Origin: Eledone cirrhosa | Taxonomy: Eukaryota | Assembly: GCA_964016885.1 (NCBI GenBank) | Contig: OZ024741.1 | Span: forward strand, 163,246,001-163,310,000 | Direction of reading: 5' to 3' | DNA: 64,000 nucleotides | Made by a program: the position numbers and the translations under genes | Notes under the pieces: model-generated | The model's database searches: none | What the model was told of the DNA's origin: nothing | What the model saw: the letters and a program-made list of their open reading frames with translations, nothing else | Shown: piece by piece, positions 1 through 14,305 of the stretch | Layout of the letters: each line of letters opens with the position of its first letter | Position numbering within the stretch: the first letter of the stretch is position 1

Positions 1-1797
1 GAAAGGCTCAAAATTCACTAAGGTCGATTATACCGTTATATCCATCCTGTTTTATTCTTATAAGAGAAGTTTAAAATCACCGTTTATATGCCTTCTATTT
101 GTAAAACGTAGTGTTTCTAATTGAACTCTTACAAACATGAGCTATGTTCTATAACCACAACAACTTTAACAGAAAGAACTCTTTTGAAAGTTACACAAGG
201 TATAAACCGTTCCTGGAGTTAACTCTCCCGGTACCAATCCGGATGAAGCCCTCATTCTACCATTTAACTTAAAATGCTTTATATAAAAACCTTCCATCGT
301 AATTTCATGCCAGAACGTCTGTTATACTCCAAACACCAGCTTAATAATAAGAAAGTTACATCACTAAATCCCTTCCAAATGTTCATTATTTAAAAAGAAT
401 TCGAAGATAATAGACCATCTGTTTCGTTAAAAATATGTGACGAAAGTGTTAAACATTACTATAGTTGTCAATATAAAGACATATGCCAGCTTAATAAATC
501 TCTATGTACTCATAGATGGAATAACTTAGATGTATTTCGGTTAAACGAGACATCGCAAGACGTTGATTACATAAGATGCGGAAAGTTATCTAGAGAAAAG
601 GAAATGCGCATATAAGAATGGATGTTAGAACTCTTCGTATGAGTACTAAAGAGAATGATATTCTAGGAGGACATGAGTCACATTTTAAATTTGTTGAAAG
701 CGAATGAGATTTTCTCACGTTTTGATCAGAACATTCTTTATGACATCGTCTATAATTTTTGTAGATATGTTTTCATGTTCGACATCATTTATGAAGAGGA
801 CATTTTATTAGAACAAAAACTTATATGTATTCTCGCGAAGTAGATGATCATGGCTCTGCAGTAAAATATTGTCAATACTAATGGGTTTTCTGATTCGGCT
901 ACATTTCATTATTCAATGATGAAGAGATGAATGAAGATAGAGAGCAAAAACACATAAAATTTGAATGGTACTATATTTTGTGACCTAAAATGATAAAAAG
1001 CATCGTTTGAAGTCTGACCACAGAGAGGCGGAACTCTCGATTACTTTAATCACCCAGAAAATTAATTTTCATTATAAAAACTTTTGCCTATATATGAAAG
1101 AGCTAAGCAAAAATATGCTAATCGCTACGGATCTGCTTACACCCTACGTTTTTTTGTAGAGAAAATATGCCATGGGCCCTGAACTTCGGAGGTAGCCCAT
1201 CACTATAGATTCGGAAAGAAAGAACGAGAGAGAGAGAGAGAGCGAGAAAGATGTGGATATGTTTCTAAAATTGAAAATCCTCTATGCCTTAACACAGGTA
1301 TCGTTACACCAACAGCTCAACCCAGACACTACCACATGAGCATGTATATATATATGTCTCTCCTTTGTTCTGTCCTACACCATCTTGTTTTTGTGTGTTG
1401 TGCGGTGTGTGTTTATATATATATATATATATACGTGTATTCTCTCGTCTACGATTTCACAGAACTTATGTTTACCGAATTCGCAGACCTGACCCCTTCT
1501 TCCTTCCGTTAGACCTGTGCGGAATTCCTTCCTTGCTCACATTTCGACTAGGTTTGATGGTCTTTATTCTCTCGTTCACGATTTCACCGAATTTAAATTC
1601 ATAGAAATCTGGGACTTGTCTCTTTCTTCCTCACTTACTGTTGCTTCACCATTTTGTTTGTTTACCCTCGCGTCCCCTTTATTTACGTGTCCCAACGACT
1701 TTTTTTAGCCGTTGCTCGCACCAACCGGAGGTATATGGTCTTTAAAGCGATGAAATGCCTATGATGGTTGGAAGATCACTGATGAAGGACAACATTT

Positions 1798-1849
<52 letters not shown>

Positions 1850-1854
<5 letters not shown>

Positions 1855-2030
1855 TAAACACACAACACACAACACACAAAAACAAGATGGTGTAGGACAG
1901 AACAAAGGAGAGACACACTAAATAAAACCCTAGTCACCGAAGAGCTCACAGAATGTGTGACGAAAGAGCTTTGAAAATATATAAACAACCTTCCGGTTAT
2001 CGAACCAACCAACCGGAATCTTATAATAAA
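1850..2030 (+). mobile_element. Terminal repeat related to the 3' end of the 22565-24618 element, with HHR-like motif at 1934-1974
   Basis: TCA-CCGAAGA-GCTCACA...TGTGAC-GAAA-GAGC-TT-TGA; 1850-1915 also inverted at ~1356-1415. Confidence 0.55.
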
Positions 2031-2215
2031 TTGAAGTGAAAAACCAACAGGTGAGTGTGTTTATATTGGCAGTATGACCTTCCCAAAGTATAACAATATC
2101 TGATTCAACACATGTTTTCAGTTAGAAATCTCGCAAAACAGATTCAGAAACAAATATATATGAGACATTCACATACTCTCATCAGATGTACGCCATGGCC
2201 ATAATGTACACACAT

Positions 2216-2270
<55 letters not shown>

Positions 2271-2315
2271 CATACACACACAAATACACACACACACACA
2301 TATATATATCTATAA

Positions 2316-2367
<52 letters not shown>

Positions 2368-3217
2368 GTGTGTGTGTTTCTGTGTGCATGAAATAATTTA
2401 TTTCCTGTCTCTCTTTCCAGTCGGTTTTCCGGACTCAGTCTTTGAAAACAACTTCCGTTTCAGTTAAGAAATTGCTGTGAAATGAAGATCGAGACATATT
2501 ATAAGAAATCAGTGTAACAATTTCCTAAGAGTAACAAATGCACTACTGGTGATTCATTAGAGTATAATAAAGGTGTGTATGTATCTGTCTATTTATGGGG
2601 AAAGACTGCGACGAATATATAGGAGACGAAGACAGATGGACAAAGAGAGGCATACTAATTGATAAAGACACATTAAGAAAGATAATAAATAAAACAGAAT
2701 ATGAGATAAAGTAGAAAACTTTCCATCGTATCTGAAGCTGTTAGAAATAGCTGTTAATGTCCACCTCTATATTAACCAATTGCTTACACTTGTGCATATT
2801 ATTTTACTATATATTACATTATGTCCTAAGCAGCTGGTGTATGCTAGAAATAAACATCTATATAGAAATAGTAAAATATTTAATTAAGGCTGCGAAAATG
2901 TGTATGTAAAGATCCAAACTTACATGTGAAAGCATGTAAATATGATTTATTCACGCATTTTTCTGTAGATCTAAATAGATTGGCAGTTTGAGGCTAGTGT
3001 CGGTTGTATTTGGACTTATCTTCAGAAGCAGTGAACATATCTTACAACAGTACAGGCAGACATATGCCTATAGTGATCATATGTCTGCATGATCAGAGCC
3101 ACCCCAGAGATAAACAAGGAGCGCTAATACGTATCAACGAAGGAGCTTACAAATGAGAGTTCGACTTGCAGAATGTATCAGCAAACCTATACAATGTTAT
3201 TACAGTGGATTTGCAGT

Positions 3218-3905
3218 TGGCGCTGGATTGGCAGAATCATTACAGTTTCGGCCAAAATGCTTCGTAGTATTTTGTTACACCTATACATTTGAGTTCGAAT
3301 CACGTGACGATCAACTTTACTTTTCATCCTTCCAGGGTCCATAAATGAAAGTAACAGTCAAAAACTGGGTCGAGGTTAAACGTCTTTCCCTTCGCACCCA
3401 AAGTGCTTGCTTTCGACCTAAACCAGAAACAATTATTGTTATTAATACATGTAAGAGTCATGGATTGGCAGTATCGGTAAAAGGGTAAAGACTCCCTTCG
3501 GTCACTAATAACCATAGGATTAGCATCTAGAAAGTTCCCTTCCGAAGGGCAAGTCAGGGCATGGTTGTTTGTGGAAGACCAGCAGTCGCCCATGCATACC
3601 AGTCTCCCATCTACACGTTACCGATGTTGTCCAAGGGAAAGGCAAAAGCCAATACAGCTTTGCTCCAGTGACGTCGCAACTCATTTCTACAGCTGAGTAA
3701 ACTGGAGCAACGTGAAATAAAATATCGGTAATGTCTCGGGTAAAATGATTTGCAGTGTTTAGACCGAGCTAAAATCCGACCGAGGTCAACTTTGCCTTTC
3801 ATTCTTACCGTGTTGATAAAATAAAGTACCAGTTAAGTACTGGATTCGATATAAGAGACTTTTCCCATCCCTCAAATTGCTGGCCTTGAGGCTAATGTTA
3901 GAAAG
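3218..3905. mobile_element. Cluster of old SINEs (family 1 at ~3218-3435 + and ~3735-3905 +; family 2 at ~3467-3725 -)
   Basis: Diverged matches to both SINE families. Confidence 0.7.
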
Positions 3906-4104
3906 ATTTACCTGATCACAAGATGTACAGAACATATTAATTTTTAAGAATGATAGCACCAACTTATTTCTGTTTCATTCTTGCTTTCGGGTGACGAATT
4001 TTCACTATTAGTTGTCTGTCTGTAACATACTCTAACATTTAAGGCTTTCTTTTTAGATTTAATATGCATTTCAGTAATGTTTTATGATTGAAGCAAATTA
4101 AAGC

Positions 4105-4270
4105 GAGACTCCGACAGCTGAGCTCCGGCCGTTTCAACGGATCTAGCTGTTGAAACGGGCGGAGCTCAGCTGTCGGGGTCCTTAATTTTTCATATTATCC
4201 ACTCTACTACCCAAGTATCGAGTACTCTGGTGAGTAATGGTCTAGCTAGTTTTTACCGCCTCCAATTTGT
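4105..4270 (+). mobile_element. Short fold-back 3' end of the 45134-49060 PLE family (diverged)
   Basis: GAAACGGGCGGAGCTCAGCTGTCGGGGTC...ACTCTACTAC...GAGTACTCTGGTG with inverted 5' part. Confidence 0.7.
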
Positions 4271-4279
4271 TATATATAT

Positions 4280-4419
<140 letters not shown>

Positions 4420-4585
4420 TATATATTTATATATATATATCCAAAGATTAATATGGTTCATTGATTACTCAATGAATACAGTTTTACAATAGATTAAAAG
4501 CATTCAACAAAAATATTTTCCTGGGGTTTTTAATATTATTCAAAATATTAACAAATGAAGATATTCAGATAATCAAATTATATGC

Positions 4586-4645
4586 TTTATTATATATATT
4601 TCGAAGGTACTGTGTTGTTTTTTCAGTACGTCCTCGTCAGATAAA
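4586..4645 (-). ncRNA. Type I hammerhead ribozyme (mirror of 6099-6159)
   Basis: Reverse complement reads TTTAT-CTGACGA-GGACGTACTG...CAGTACCTTC-GAAA-TATATA-TA-ATAAA. Confidence 0.8.
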
Positions 4646-6098
4646 ATATATGATTTGATATATGACATACCTCTACGATCTTGATATTTCAATTCCTGTA
4701 TTGGCAGTGATTTATTTCATCAAATCTCAACATTTATATACCACAAATAATAATATGATAAACTTAAAGAAGAAAAGGACGTGGAATTAGAGATACAAGA
4801 GAAAAAAAAAATAAATACATACATAAATATTTAAATGAATAAAAATAAATAAATGGATGAATAGAGGAAGAAGAAAGGAGAAATAACGACAAAAGAGAGC
4901 GAACATAAAATATAGGGGGATAGATAGAAAAAAACCGTTGTCAATTGAGGAAACCAACCAATTACCATAAACCATTGAATATCTCTTGTATTTGATTATG
5001 GTTAAGCTAATTATACTTATATATTATATCAAAATTAATCAATATACATTACTTTTTATAGCCGTCACATAATTAGTTTAATTAAAAATTTATATAATTT
5101 AATTTAACTCATTATAGATTATAATTTTTGGTTTAGGTAATATATTCCTTAAGTATTTTGTTATAACTTTAAAAAATATTTTATCTTTAAAGAAAATTTA
5201 AATAATTATTAAACATGCATTAAAATGTATATTAAAATACATGCATCAATTTATATAATATATTAAGATCATTTTTTATCCGAATTATTTTATATAAATA
5301 GGATATTCTCTTTGTTTAGAAATGATTAAACAATAGAAATGATTTTATAAAGAGAATATCCTATTTAAATTAAATAAAATAATTCGGATAAAAAATGATC
5401 TTAATATATTATATATATAGATGGTGATATATGCATGTATTTTAATATATATTTTAATGCATGGTTAATAATCATTTAAATTTGCTTTAAAGATAAAAAT
5501 ATGTTTAAAGTTGTAACAAAATACTTAAGGAATATATTACCTAAACCAAAAATTATAATCTATAATGAGTTAAATTAAATTATATAAATTTTTAATTAAA
5601 CTAATTATGTGACGGCTATAGCAAGTAATGTATATTGATTAATTTTGATATAATATATAAGTATAATTAGCTTAACCATATATAATATATAAGTATAATT
5701 AGCTTAACCATAATCAAATACAAGAGATATTCAATGGTAATTGATTTGTTGCCTCAATTGACCTAATATTTGAAATCAACGTTTTTTCTATCTATCCCAC
5801 TATATTTTATGTTCGCTCTCTTTTGTCGTAATTTCTCCTTTCTTCTTCCTCTATTCATCCATCCATTTATTTATTTTTATTCATTTAAATATTTATGTAT
5901 GTATTTATTTATTTTTTCTCTTGGCTTCCTCCTCTTTACACCCTCTCTTATATCTCGCCCCACGCCCTTTTCTTCTTTAAGTTCATCAGATTATTATTTG
6001 TGGTATATAAATGTTGAGATTTGATTAAATAAATCACTGCCAATACAGGAATTGAAATATCAAGACCGTAGAGGTATGTCATATATCAAATCATATAT

Positions 6099-6159
6099 TT
6101 TATCTGACGAGGACGTACTGAAAAAAACAACTCAGTACCTTCGAAATATATATAATAAA
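6099..6159 (+). ncRNA. Type I hammerhead ribozyme, canonical core
   Basis: Stem I TTTAT/ATAAA; CTGACGA (6104-6110); stem II GGAC-GTACTGA...TCAGTAC-CTTC; GAAA; stem III TATATA; AUA site. Confidence 0.8.
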
Positions 6160-6204
6160 GCATATAATTTGATTATGTGAATATCTTCATTTGTTAATAT
6201 TTTG

Positions 6205-6255
<51 letters not shown>

Positions 6256-6256
<1 letters not shown>

Positions 6257-6870
6257 GTTATTCCGGGTTGAATCTGAGGTAACCACAGTAAGTAAGGTAC
6301 TCAATACATAGCAGAGTATAAAAGTTTTAATATAGATGAGATTCTACAGGACTAGAACTGTTTCATTCTTTAGAAATCATCAGGAATCTGGGTAACAAAA
6401 AATAAAAGTGATATTTATAGGTCTCTACAAGTGGTAGGAGAGGGTGGGGAGTGGGATGGGGATGGGTGTATGTCATTGGTTGATAGAAAAGGGAATTCAT
6501 TAAAAGCTAATTCTACAAAGCTATAGTTTATTTTTATTTTTATTTATTTATGTTTTTAGAGTAACAAAGGCAGACAGAATTCTATAAACAGGTACCGGAT
6601 GGCATACCATTCCTTGTCAATAAGTTTCTCTTAAGCTAACAGATGTCTATAAAATCAGTGGGGGTCAGTCATGGTAGAGAGAATTAAAGAAAAGGGAGAT
6701 TCTTTAAAAGCTAAAATCATTAAGGTTCTACTAAGTGACAAAGGTTTAGAGGATTCTGTAGACAGATTCAAAATACTGAGTGCATATCTTACAATTATCT
6801 TCGAACTTCTCTTAAACTAATCAACTATATGTCAAAAATCAACAGACACATTCACAAAAAAACACACACT
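6256..6870 (-). mobile_element. Penelope-type terminal repeat fragment (family also at 16741-16940)
   Basis: Shares AACCACAGTAAG...TACTCAATAC...GCAGAGTATA with 16767-16801; contains an HHR; sits between microsatellites. Confidence 0.65.
6340..6388 (-). ncRNA. Minimal type I hammerhead ribozyme
   Basis: Reverse complement: GATTC-CTGATGA-T-TTC-TAAA-GAA-T-GAAA-CAG-TTCTAGTC-CTG-TA-GAATC (stem I GATTC/GAATC, GUA site, U.U at stem II base). Confidence 0.75.
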
Positions 6871-7151
6871 CACTCACACTCACGCGCAACCATAAACACA
6901 CATACACATACACATATACACACATAAAAATACACACACATATATATAAATATATTCATACACATACATATACATACACACATATATATATATATATATA
7001 TAAAAAAAAATATATATATATACACACACATATATACACACACACATACATATATATATACACACATATATACACATATAAAAATACACTCACACACTTA
7101 CATACAAACACAAATATACATGTGTATACATATACACATAAAGACACATAG

Positions 7152-7220
<69 letters not shown>

Positions 7221-7366
7221 TACACATATATATATATATATATACATAATGCATATACACACACATATATACATATACACACACATACACACAAACACAC
7301 ACATATATATATATATATATACATATATACATATACATATATACATAAACAAATATATACATATAC

Positions 7367-7427
<61 letters not shown>

Positions 7428-7453
7428 TATACACATATATAAGGAAAAAGCAC

Positions 7454-7545
<92 letters not shown>

Positions 7546-7585
7546 TACACCATTCATACATATATTCATATATATATACACACAC

Positions 7586-7632
<47 letters not shown>

Positions 7633-7821
7633 TACACACATATACATACACACATACACATACACATACATACACATTTACACAAATACATACACATATA
7701 TACACACATACATATATATATATATACACATATATATATATATATATAAATATACATAAATATATATATATATATATATAAATAAACATACACACACATA
7801 CAAACATATACATATATACGT

Positions 7822-7872
<51 letters not shown>

Positions 7873-7895
7873 AATATATATACAAACATACACAT

Positions 7896-7936
<41 letters not shown>

Positions 7937-8190
7937 TATACACACATACATACACACACACATACCCATATATACATACATATACACACACATATATACA
8001 CACACACACACACATACACATATATACACACACACACACACACACATATACACATGCATATGTATAAATATATATATATATATATCCATATATATACATA
8101 TATACACATACATACACAGACCTATACATAAATATACATAAATATACACATATATACAGACACATAACGCATATATACACACACAAATAC

Positions 8191-8233
<43 letters not shown>

Positions 8234-8303
8234 CGCATACACACATACATACACACACACATACACAAATATATATACACACACTCTCTCTCACGCACAT
8301 ATA

Positions 8304-8336
<33 letters not shown>

Positions 8337-8403
8337 GTGCGTGAGAGAGAGTGTGTGCATATATACCTGTGCATGTGCGTGTGTATGCATGTGTGTATGC
8401 GTG

Positions 8404-8468
<65 letters not shown>
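6870..8468. repeat. Compound (TA)n/(CA)n microsatellite field, ~1.6 kb
   Basis: Direct reading. Confidence 0.95.
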
Positions 8469-8470
<2 letters not shown>

Positions 8471-8569
8471 TATGAAGAGAGAAGAAACATTTAGATATAA
8501 TTAGTAATAAAAGAGAAGAAACATTCTCACGTCGTGTAGACGCGTTCTTGAGACTAGTAAAATGAGGTA

Positions 8570-8657
8570 TCCTCTTGATAAGTCGGCAGACCTCGCAAGG
8601 ACTCTATATCTTTGATATATTGTTTTTGTTTATGCCACGAAACTACGTAGTCGAGGA
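8570..8657 (+). ncRNA. Type I hammerhead ribozyme, U3-A8 core variant
   Basis: Stem I TCCTC/GAGGA; core TTGATAA (8575-8581); stem II GT-C-GGCA...TGCC-AC; GAAA (8639-8642); palindromic stem III CTACGTAG; GUC site, predicted cut after 8652. Confidence 0.85.
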
Positions 8658-9160
8658 ATTTAGGAACAGTTTAGGTATGATACATTTTATTACTAATTAT
8701 ATCTAAATGTTTCTTCTCTCTTCATAATGTATTTTTAACTCTGATACTGGTTCAGTCTAGTTCAAACAGAATTGGTCTGTCCCAGTCATTCATTGAGCAA
8801 CATCGGTGAAGTTGGCACCCTTAACTCACAGTTGGGTGCGGATGCATTCATGTATATATGTGTGTGTCCGCATGTATCTGTGTGTTTCTAAATATATTAA
8901 TAACTCCCTCTGGTCGAGCAATCTTTGAAGTGTGGGGACAACTGGAAAGCTTCCATTACTCATACTTCTCGCCTTCTTCACTACCTCTTCTGCGGCCTCG
9001 ATATGAGTACCCCCTCCGCCTCCGTGGTATTTTCTTCGTGGTTATAAGAGGCTTAGCTCTGTTTCTCGACCGTTATATCGCGTGACTATCTCCCCCTCCG
9101 CCTTTTGGGATTCTTTCTCACGTCGTGTAGACGCGTTCTTGAGACTAGTAAAATGAGGTA

Positions 9161-9248
9161 TCCTCTTGATAAGTCGGCAGACCTCGCAAGGACTCTATAT
9201 CTTTGATATATTGTTTTTGTTTATGCCACGAAACTACGTAGTCGAGGA
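9161..9248 (+). ncRNA. Type I hammerhead ribozyme, U3-A8 variant (second tandem copy)
   Basis: Same sequence as 8570-8657 shifted by 591; predicted cut after 9243. Confidence 0.85.
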
Positions 9249-9539
9249 ATTTAGGAACAGTTTAGGTATGATACATTTTATTACTAATTATATCTAAATG
9301 TTTCTTCTCTCTTCATAATGTATTTTTAACTCTGATACTGGTTCAGTCTAGTTCAAACAGAATTGGTCTGTCCCAGTCATTCATTGAGCAACATCGGTGA
9401 AGTTGGCACCCTTAACTCACAGTTGGGTGCGGATGCATTCATGTATATATGTGTGTGTCCGCATGTATCTGTGTGTTTCTAAATATATATATATATATAT
9501 ATACACGCATACACACATACATACACACACACATACACA

Positions 9540-9576
<37 letters not shown>

Positions 9577-9594
9577 TATATATATAATATATAT

Positions 9595-9762
9595 AATTGT
9601 TTCTATTTTTGACACAAGGCCACCAATTACTCAGTACATTACTGGTACTTTATTTTATTGACCCCGTAAGGATGAAAGGCAAAGTTAACCTCGGCGGGAC
9701 GTAACTCTATGCTTCAAAGCATGGTGTTCGACTCTCTACAGATACTGCCAATCCACCGGCCT
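9595..9762 (-). mobile_element. SINE family 1 (internal deletion over the B box)
   Basis: Reverse complement of family consensus. Confidence 0.8.
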
Positions 9763-10113
9763 AATATATATAATATATATAATATATATATGTGTGTGAA
9801 TGTGTCTGTTTGTATATATATATATATGTAGATATATATGTAATATACATATATATATATACATATTCACATATATATATATTTGTGTGTGTATGTGTGT
9901 ACATATATGAATATGTATATATGTATATATATATACATATATGTATATATATATGTAATATATATACATATATATATTTATATATGTATATATATGTAAT
10001 ATATATATACATATATATATATATGTGTGTGTGTATGCGTCTACATATATGTATATATGTATATATATATATATATGTATATATATGGAATATATATACT
10101 TATATATATTATA

Positions 10114-10153
<40 letters not shown>

Positions 10154-10174
10154 GTATATATATGTAATATATAA

Positions 10175-10218
<44 letters not shown>

Positions 10219-13200
10219 TTACTTACTTGCTGTTCAAGTTTAAACGTAAGTACAAAAAAGCCAGACGCAAAGCTCACCAATGTAAGAAGCGAGGTAGTTA
10301 CAATTGACGACAATTTCGTAAGCTTGCATGGATGATCTGAAGCCTGTTTGGACTGAAATACCGTTATAACCGACAATTAACCGCCGTACATGGAGATAAG
10401 GATAGCCCTTAATTTAAGATATCAAATATCAGGATAGATCAATGAATAAATGGATTTATTGAAAACTATTCTTTTTCTTGTATATAAACAAGACATAATA
10501 TAATTCAGGGAGTTTACAATTTCACATTCTAGTGCTCCAGTTTTAATACTCCAAACCATTACTCTGTTTCTTTTTGCGAGTATATTTCTAATTCTAGCGG
10601 AAATTACACCTTTTCCCTGTTCACCTTTCCGGTTAGTTTCTGTCATTAGAGATCCGCCAAATATCAGATCTTTCGTTTACGATATAATTTCATATAATTG
10701 CCACTAAACTATCAGCTATATTAGCATATGAACAATTCCAGACGAGTGACTAGGGCTTTCATATCTAATGGTATTGAAACATCTGGAACAACTCGGTCTT
10801 TTTAATAACTTCAAAACGATTTTCCTTAGTTAAAACATTTCGAATGAATTTAGAAACGCATTACCACCATTCCTTTCCAGGAGAGCAGATAATATCTTTA
10901 AATGGAATATTCCTTAAGTAAAATATAATATCGCTTCCATCATAGCACATAGTCATGTCATTTTCTCAATTTAAGTCAAAATTCAACATACGGCAACATG
11001 ATTTTCTAACAAACTTAACTGAACATACAAACAACATTAATGTTCCAACGCTCTACTTATATTCTACTTTTATCTTATAGTATGGCAGTAGTTTAAAATG
11101 TTTAAATGTCAACCTTCACTCACGGTCATTCTTCTTTCAAAATGTTCTGCTGTTTTACAAAATGATTATTCATATAAGAGAAAGTCCTTATAGAATCATC
11201 TAGAGACAATACATTCTAGTTAAGATGACCGCTAACTTGGGGACCTAGCAATATAATAAAAGAGCATATGTAAATGTTGAATGGATTCTGAAATGCAGGA
11301 GAGAAAGAACATAAAGTCAGTTTTCTCATTTATTGCAAAAGCTAAAACTGTCTGACTAACGTAGTCCACACAAACACCTCATAAAACAAAAATTCAAAAC
11401 GTACGCAATATTTAATAATGTCTTTCTAATTCAAAATTCTCATTCCTAACGTTCAATTATTATCTTAAAAAGTATATATTCCATCAGATTAGAAGACATT
11501 ATATTCAGAAAAATAAATACACTCTTACATGTTCTTTTCTTTATCGTGTCAAATCATGATGGAAACTGTTTTTATATCATAAAATAAATCTTTATTTGAC
11601 TATATCAAGCTCTTTAATATTTTAAACAAAATTGTTTAACCATTAATGCCAATAAATCGTAGAATAATCATTGGTTAATTGCAATGGCAGATCAAAGACA
11701 GAAGAAATAATGTTTTTTAATAAATTACTTAAATCCATTTGATTGATAGCATAACGGCAACAGTTTTAAAATTTTGACTCAAAAGAGATAGACATGAAAT
11801 AATAAATATAAAGAAATATAACCACTGAAATAGAGTGTATGTGTGTGAGAATGAGAGAGATACCCTGGAGAAAAGACAAAATATAAAGAAGATGAGTAAC
11901 GAGAAAGAGATTTTCCAGAAACTGACAGATCCTACAAAAGTGAGAAAGAATGAAGGAAAAAGAGGTTAATCGCACTGCACTATGCGAGAGATGAATGTTA
12001 AGAGAACTCTAAACAGAAAAATTATATAATAGGGTTAATGTAACATAGACAAATAATTGGTATTAAGGTTTTATCTATTACCGAAAAATATAGACATTTA
12101 CAGAAGAAAAGAAACACTAGGTGAATATACATAACCACACCTGCGTATACATACACTCATATACATACTCACACATACATCCACTGGTGCCACACAATGT
12201 CTACTTCCCATACTGTTATTCATCTATATTTCACAAAAATATGTAGCATGTTGATGGCAATAATCTGAGGAGAAGTAGCTAAAAGGCCCAAATGCATCGT
12301 TGTTTATTCTACAATGAGTGCATTTAATTTATATGAAAATATATCTGCAAAAATTAACAACATTTTCAATGTTGTTAAGCTAACGGAGGACAAAGTCTAT
12401 CACTTGTCAAGAGTACAACACATCACAGAAAAATATGGAGCGCTTCAAGTGCCGCTTGGAAGTACCCTTAGAACTATGTAGAAAGCCAGTGACTTGGTAA
12501 ACTATATTATGTTTCTTAGGAAACGTATAGCCATGCCTCAGCGGTACTCACACTGTGCAATGGTATTTTTTACAATACTATTATTACTCAAACACTACAC
12601 TGCTGCAAATCATTAGCAGTAGAATGAACTTATCAAACAATTAAAATATTTCGGCATGCTGCATTTGCAGTCAGCCATACAGATACGATAGAAGAATCAT
12701 ATCACCGGCAGGCATACCCAAACACCCAGATTTGGGCAATATCTTTAAGCAAGAGAAATCAACATGCCACCACTGGTTTGTTTGATAGAAAATATCTGTC
12801 ATGTGAGAGTCGTTAGATGTGAGTGTGTGAATACCAGAAGCAAGCACTACCATTCAAAGAAGTGGTTGAAAGACAACCGCAAATTTAACTGCAACTAAAT
12901 TAGAATTTTTATGAAGCCATTGTCGATTGAAATACTACATGGTTCTTGAATACAATATACTGTTACAAATTATAACTGATAAAAGATACCTGCTCAAGAG
13001 TAAAGATTAAGTGAGATATGGCAATCACAGCGAACGTCTTAATCATGCGACCCCAAACTTCATCACCACCGTACCTGTTATTTGGAATTACAAGATCTAT
13101 GTGTTTGTACTTGTGTGCCTATGTGCCTGTATGACCCACTTTCCAGGCTCCGTCGTACACTTATTATTTTCTCCCCTTTCTATGATTCAACTGAGAAGAT

Positions 13201-13922
13201 GAATCACAGGTTCTACAAGTGTCATTAATGTAATAGTTTACACCAACATTATATATAGTTATATACAGGTTTGAGCATTGTAGATGGTGGGAAAGTGAAA
13301 TATTTTTGACTAGAAATATTTTGTGTTAGATGTATAAACTGAAATTCTATATATATGTCTGATCAGAATTTTTAGATATTGTAAACCCACTCCAATAAAA
13401 ACGGCAGATAACTAACTGCAGGTAACTAACTGAAAAAAAAAAACATTACGAAATAGTAAGTTTATACCGTATAGGTAAGTGGATTAGGTTTTATTTAACA
13501 CAGCTTGCCTCTAGCCTTGTCAAGACTTACAGGTATAACATTCAATAAACAGGTCCAGTGGTTATTTAATGTCACATTAACTATAGAGATAAGCTTCGTG
13601 ACTATTTGTTGTAAGGGGAATTTCTTGGAGAATAAATGGAAGAATTTAACAATGGCTTCGTTAATTGCATAAAGAACCGAACTCTGCCACTTTATAAAGA
13701 CATCTAGTTACAAAATATTGAAGAAAAATAGATATGTTATTTTCTTGGCTGGTAATTCAACAGAATATAAAGATCAACGGAGTCATGCGTTCCAATTACC
13801 TATTTCAATATGTTTCACATAATAACATTCTCACCGACAGACAGCGAACCCGAACACACGCACACATATACGCTTACGTTCATATGTATATACATATATA
13901 TATATATCATGCTCACTCTTTT

Positions 13923-14025
<103 letters not shown>

Positions 14026-14139
14026 CATACAGGAGCGAGACAGAAGGGATGGGTTTGTATTTTCAGAATCTTAAGAAAATTAAGGGTGCACGGAAATGGC
14101 TATAAGGAAGGAAAAAAGAAAGAGAGAGTGAGAGCGAGA

Positions 14140-14305
14140 GGGAGAAGAGTTAGATGGAAAGGTAGAAATAGAAGAGAGAGAGAGCGGGAGAGAGAGAAGA
14201 GTTAGATGGAAAGGTAGAAATAGAAGAGAGAGAGCGAGAGAGAGAGAGCGCGAGAGGGAGAGAGAAAGAAGAGTTAGATGGAAAGGTAGAAAGAGAAGAG
14301 AGAGA
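14140..14305. repeat. Minisatellite, 3 x GAAGAGTTAGATGGAAAGGTAGAAA with GA-rich spacers
   Basis: Copies near 14144, 14197 and 14268. Confidence 0.85.

Larger units (their letters stand above)
4441..6210. mobile_element. Fold-back insertion of a Penelope-type 3' terminal region; arms ~4531-5311 and ~5351-6210
   Basis: Arms are reverse complements over ~0.8 kb with a ~40-bp spacer; each arm has an HHR; (TA)n on both flanks; ~30-bp tandem duplication at ~5650-5712 only in the right arm. Confidence 0.85.
8469..9488 (+). mobile_element. Non-coding tandem HHR element (retrozyme-like / non-autonomous Penelope derivative), ~1.6 copies of a 591-bp unit
   Basis: 8525-8897 is repeated at 9116-9488 (period 591). 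8469-8512 is an inverted copy of an internal segment. Flanked by (TA)n on both sides; no credible ORF; second locus at 51718-52635. Confidence 0.85.

Noticed and set aside
570-1205. Possible Tc1/mariner remnant
   Set aside because: Only a vague terminal resemblance near 1175-1200; no convincing transposase motif.
6870-8390. Long ORFs up to 442 aa rich in Y/I/C/V/H/T (also at 4230, 9736, 20800, 31554, 34421, 44774, 58736, 59963)
   Set aside because: Translations of (TA)n/(CA)n microsatellites, which lack stop codons.
8858-9085. 75-aa ORF inside the 591-nt unit
   Set aside because: Starts in a TG-rich tract, no recognisable domain, and no equivalent ORF is listed for the second locus.
10300-10380. 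TTGACGA / CTGAAGC...GAAA hammerhead-like words
   Set aside because: No consistent stems I-III could be built.
12671-12853. WW...LKILPK...LGMPA resembling a hAT dimerisation domain
   Set aside because: Too degenerate; no SERxFS motif or TIRs seen.
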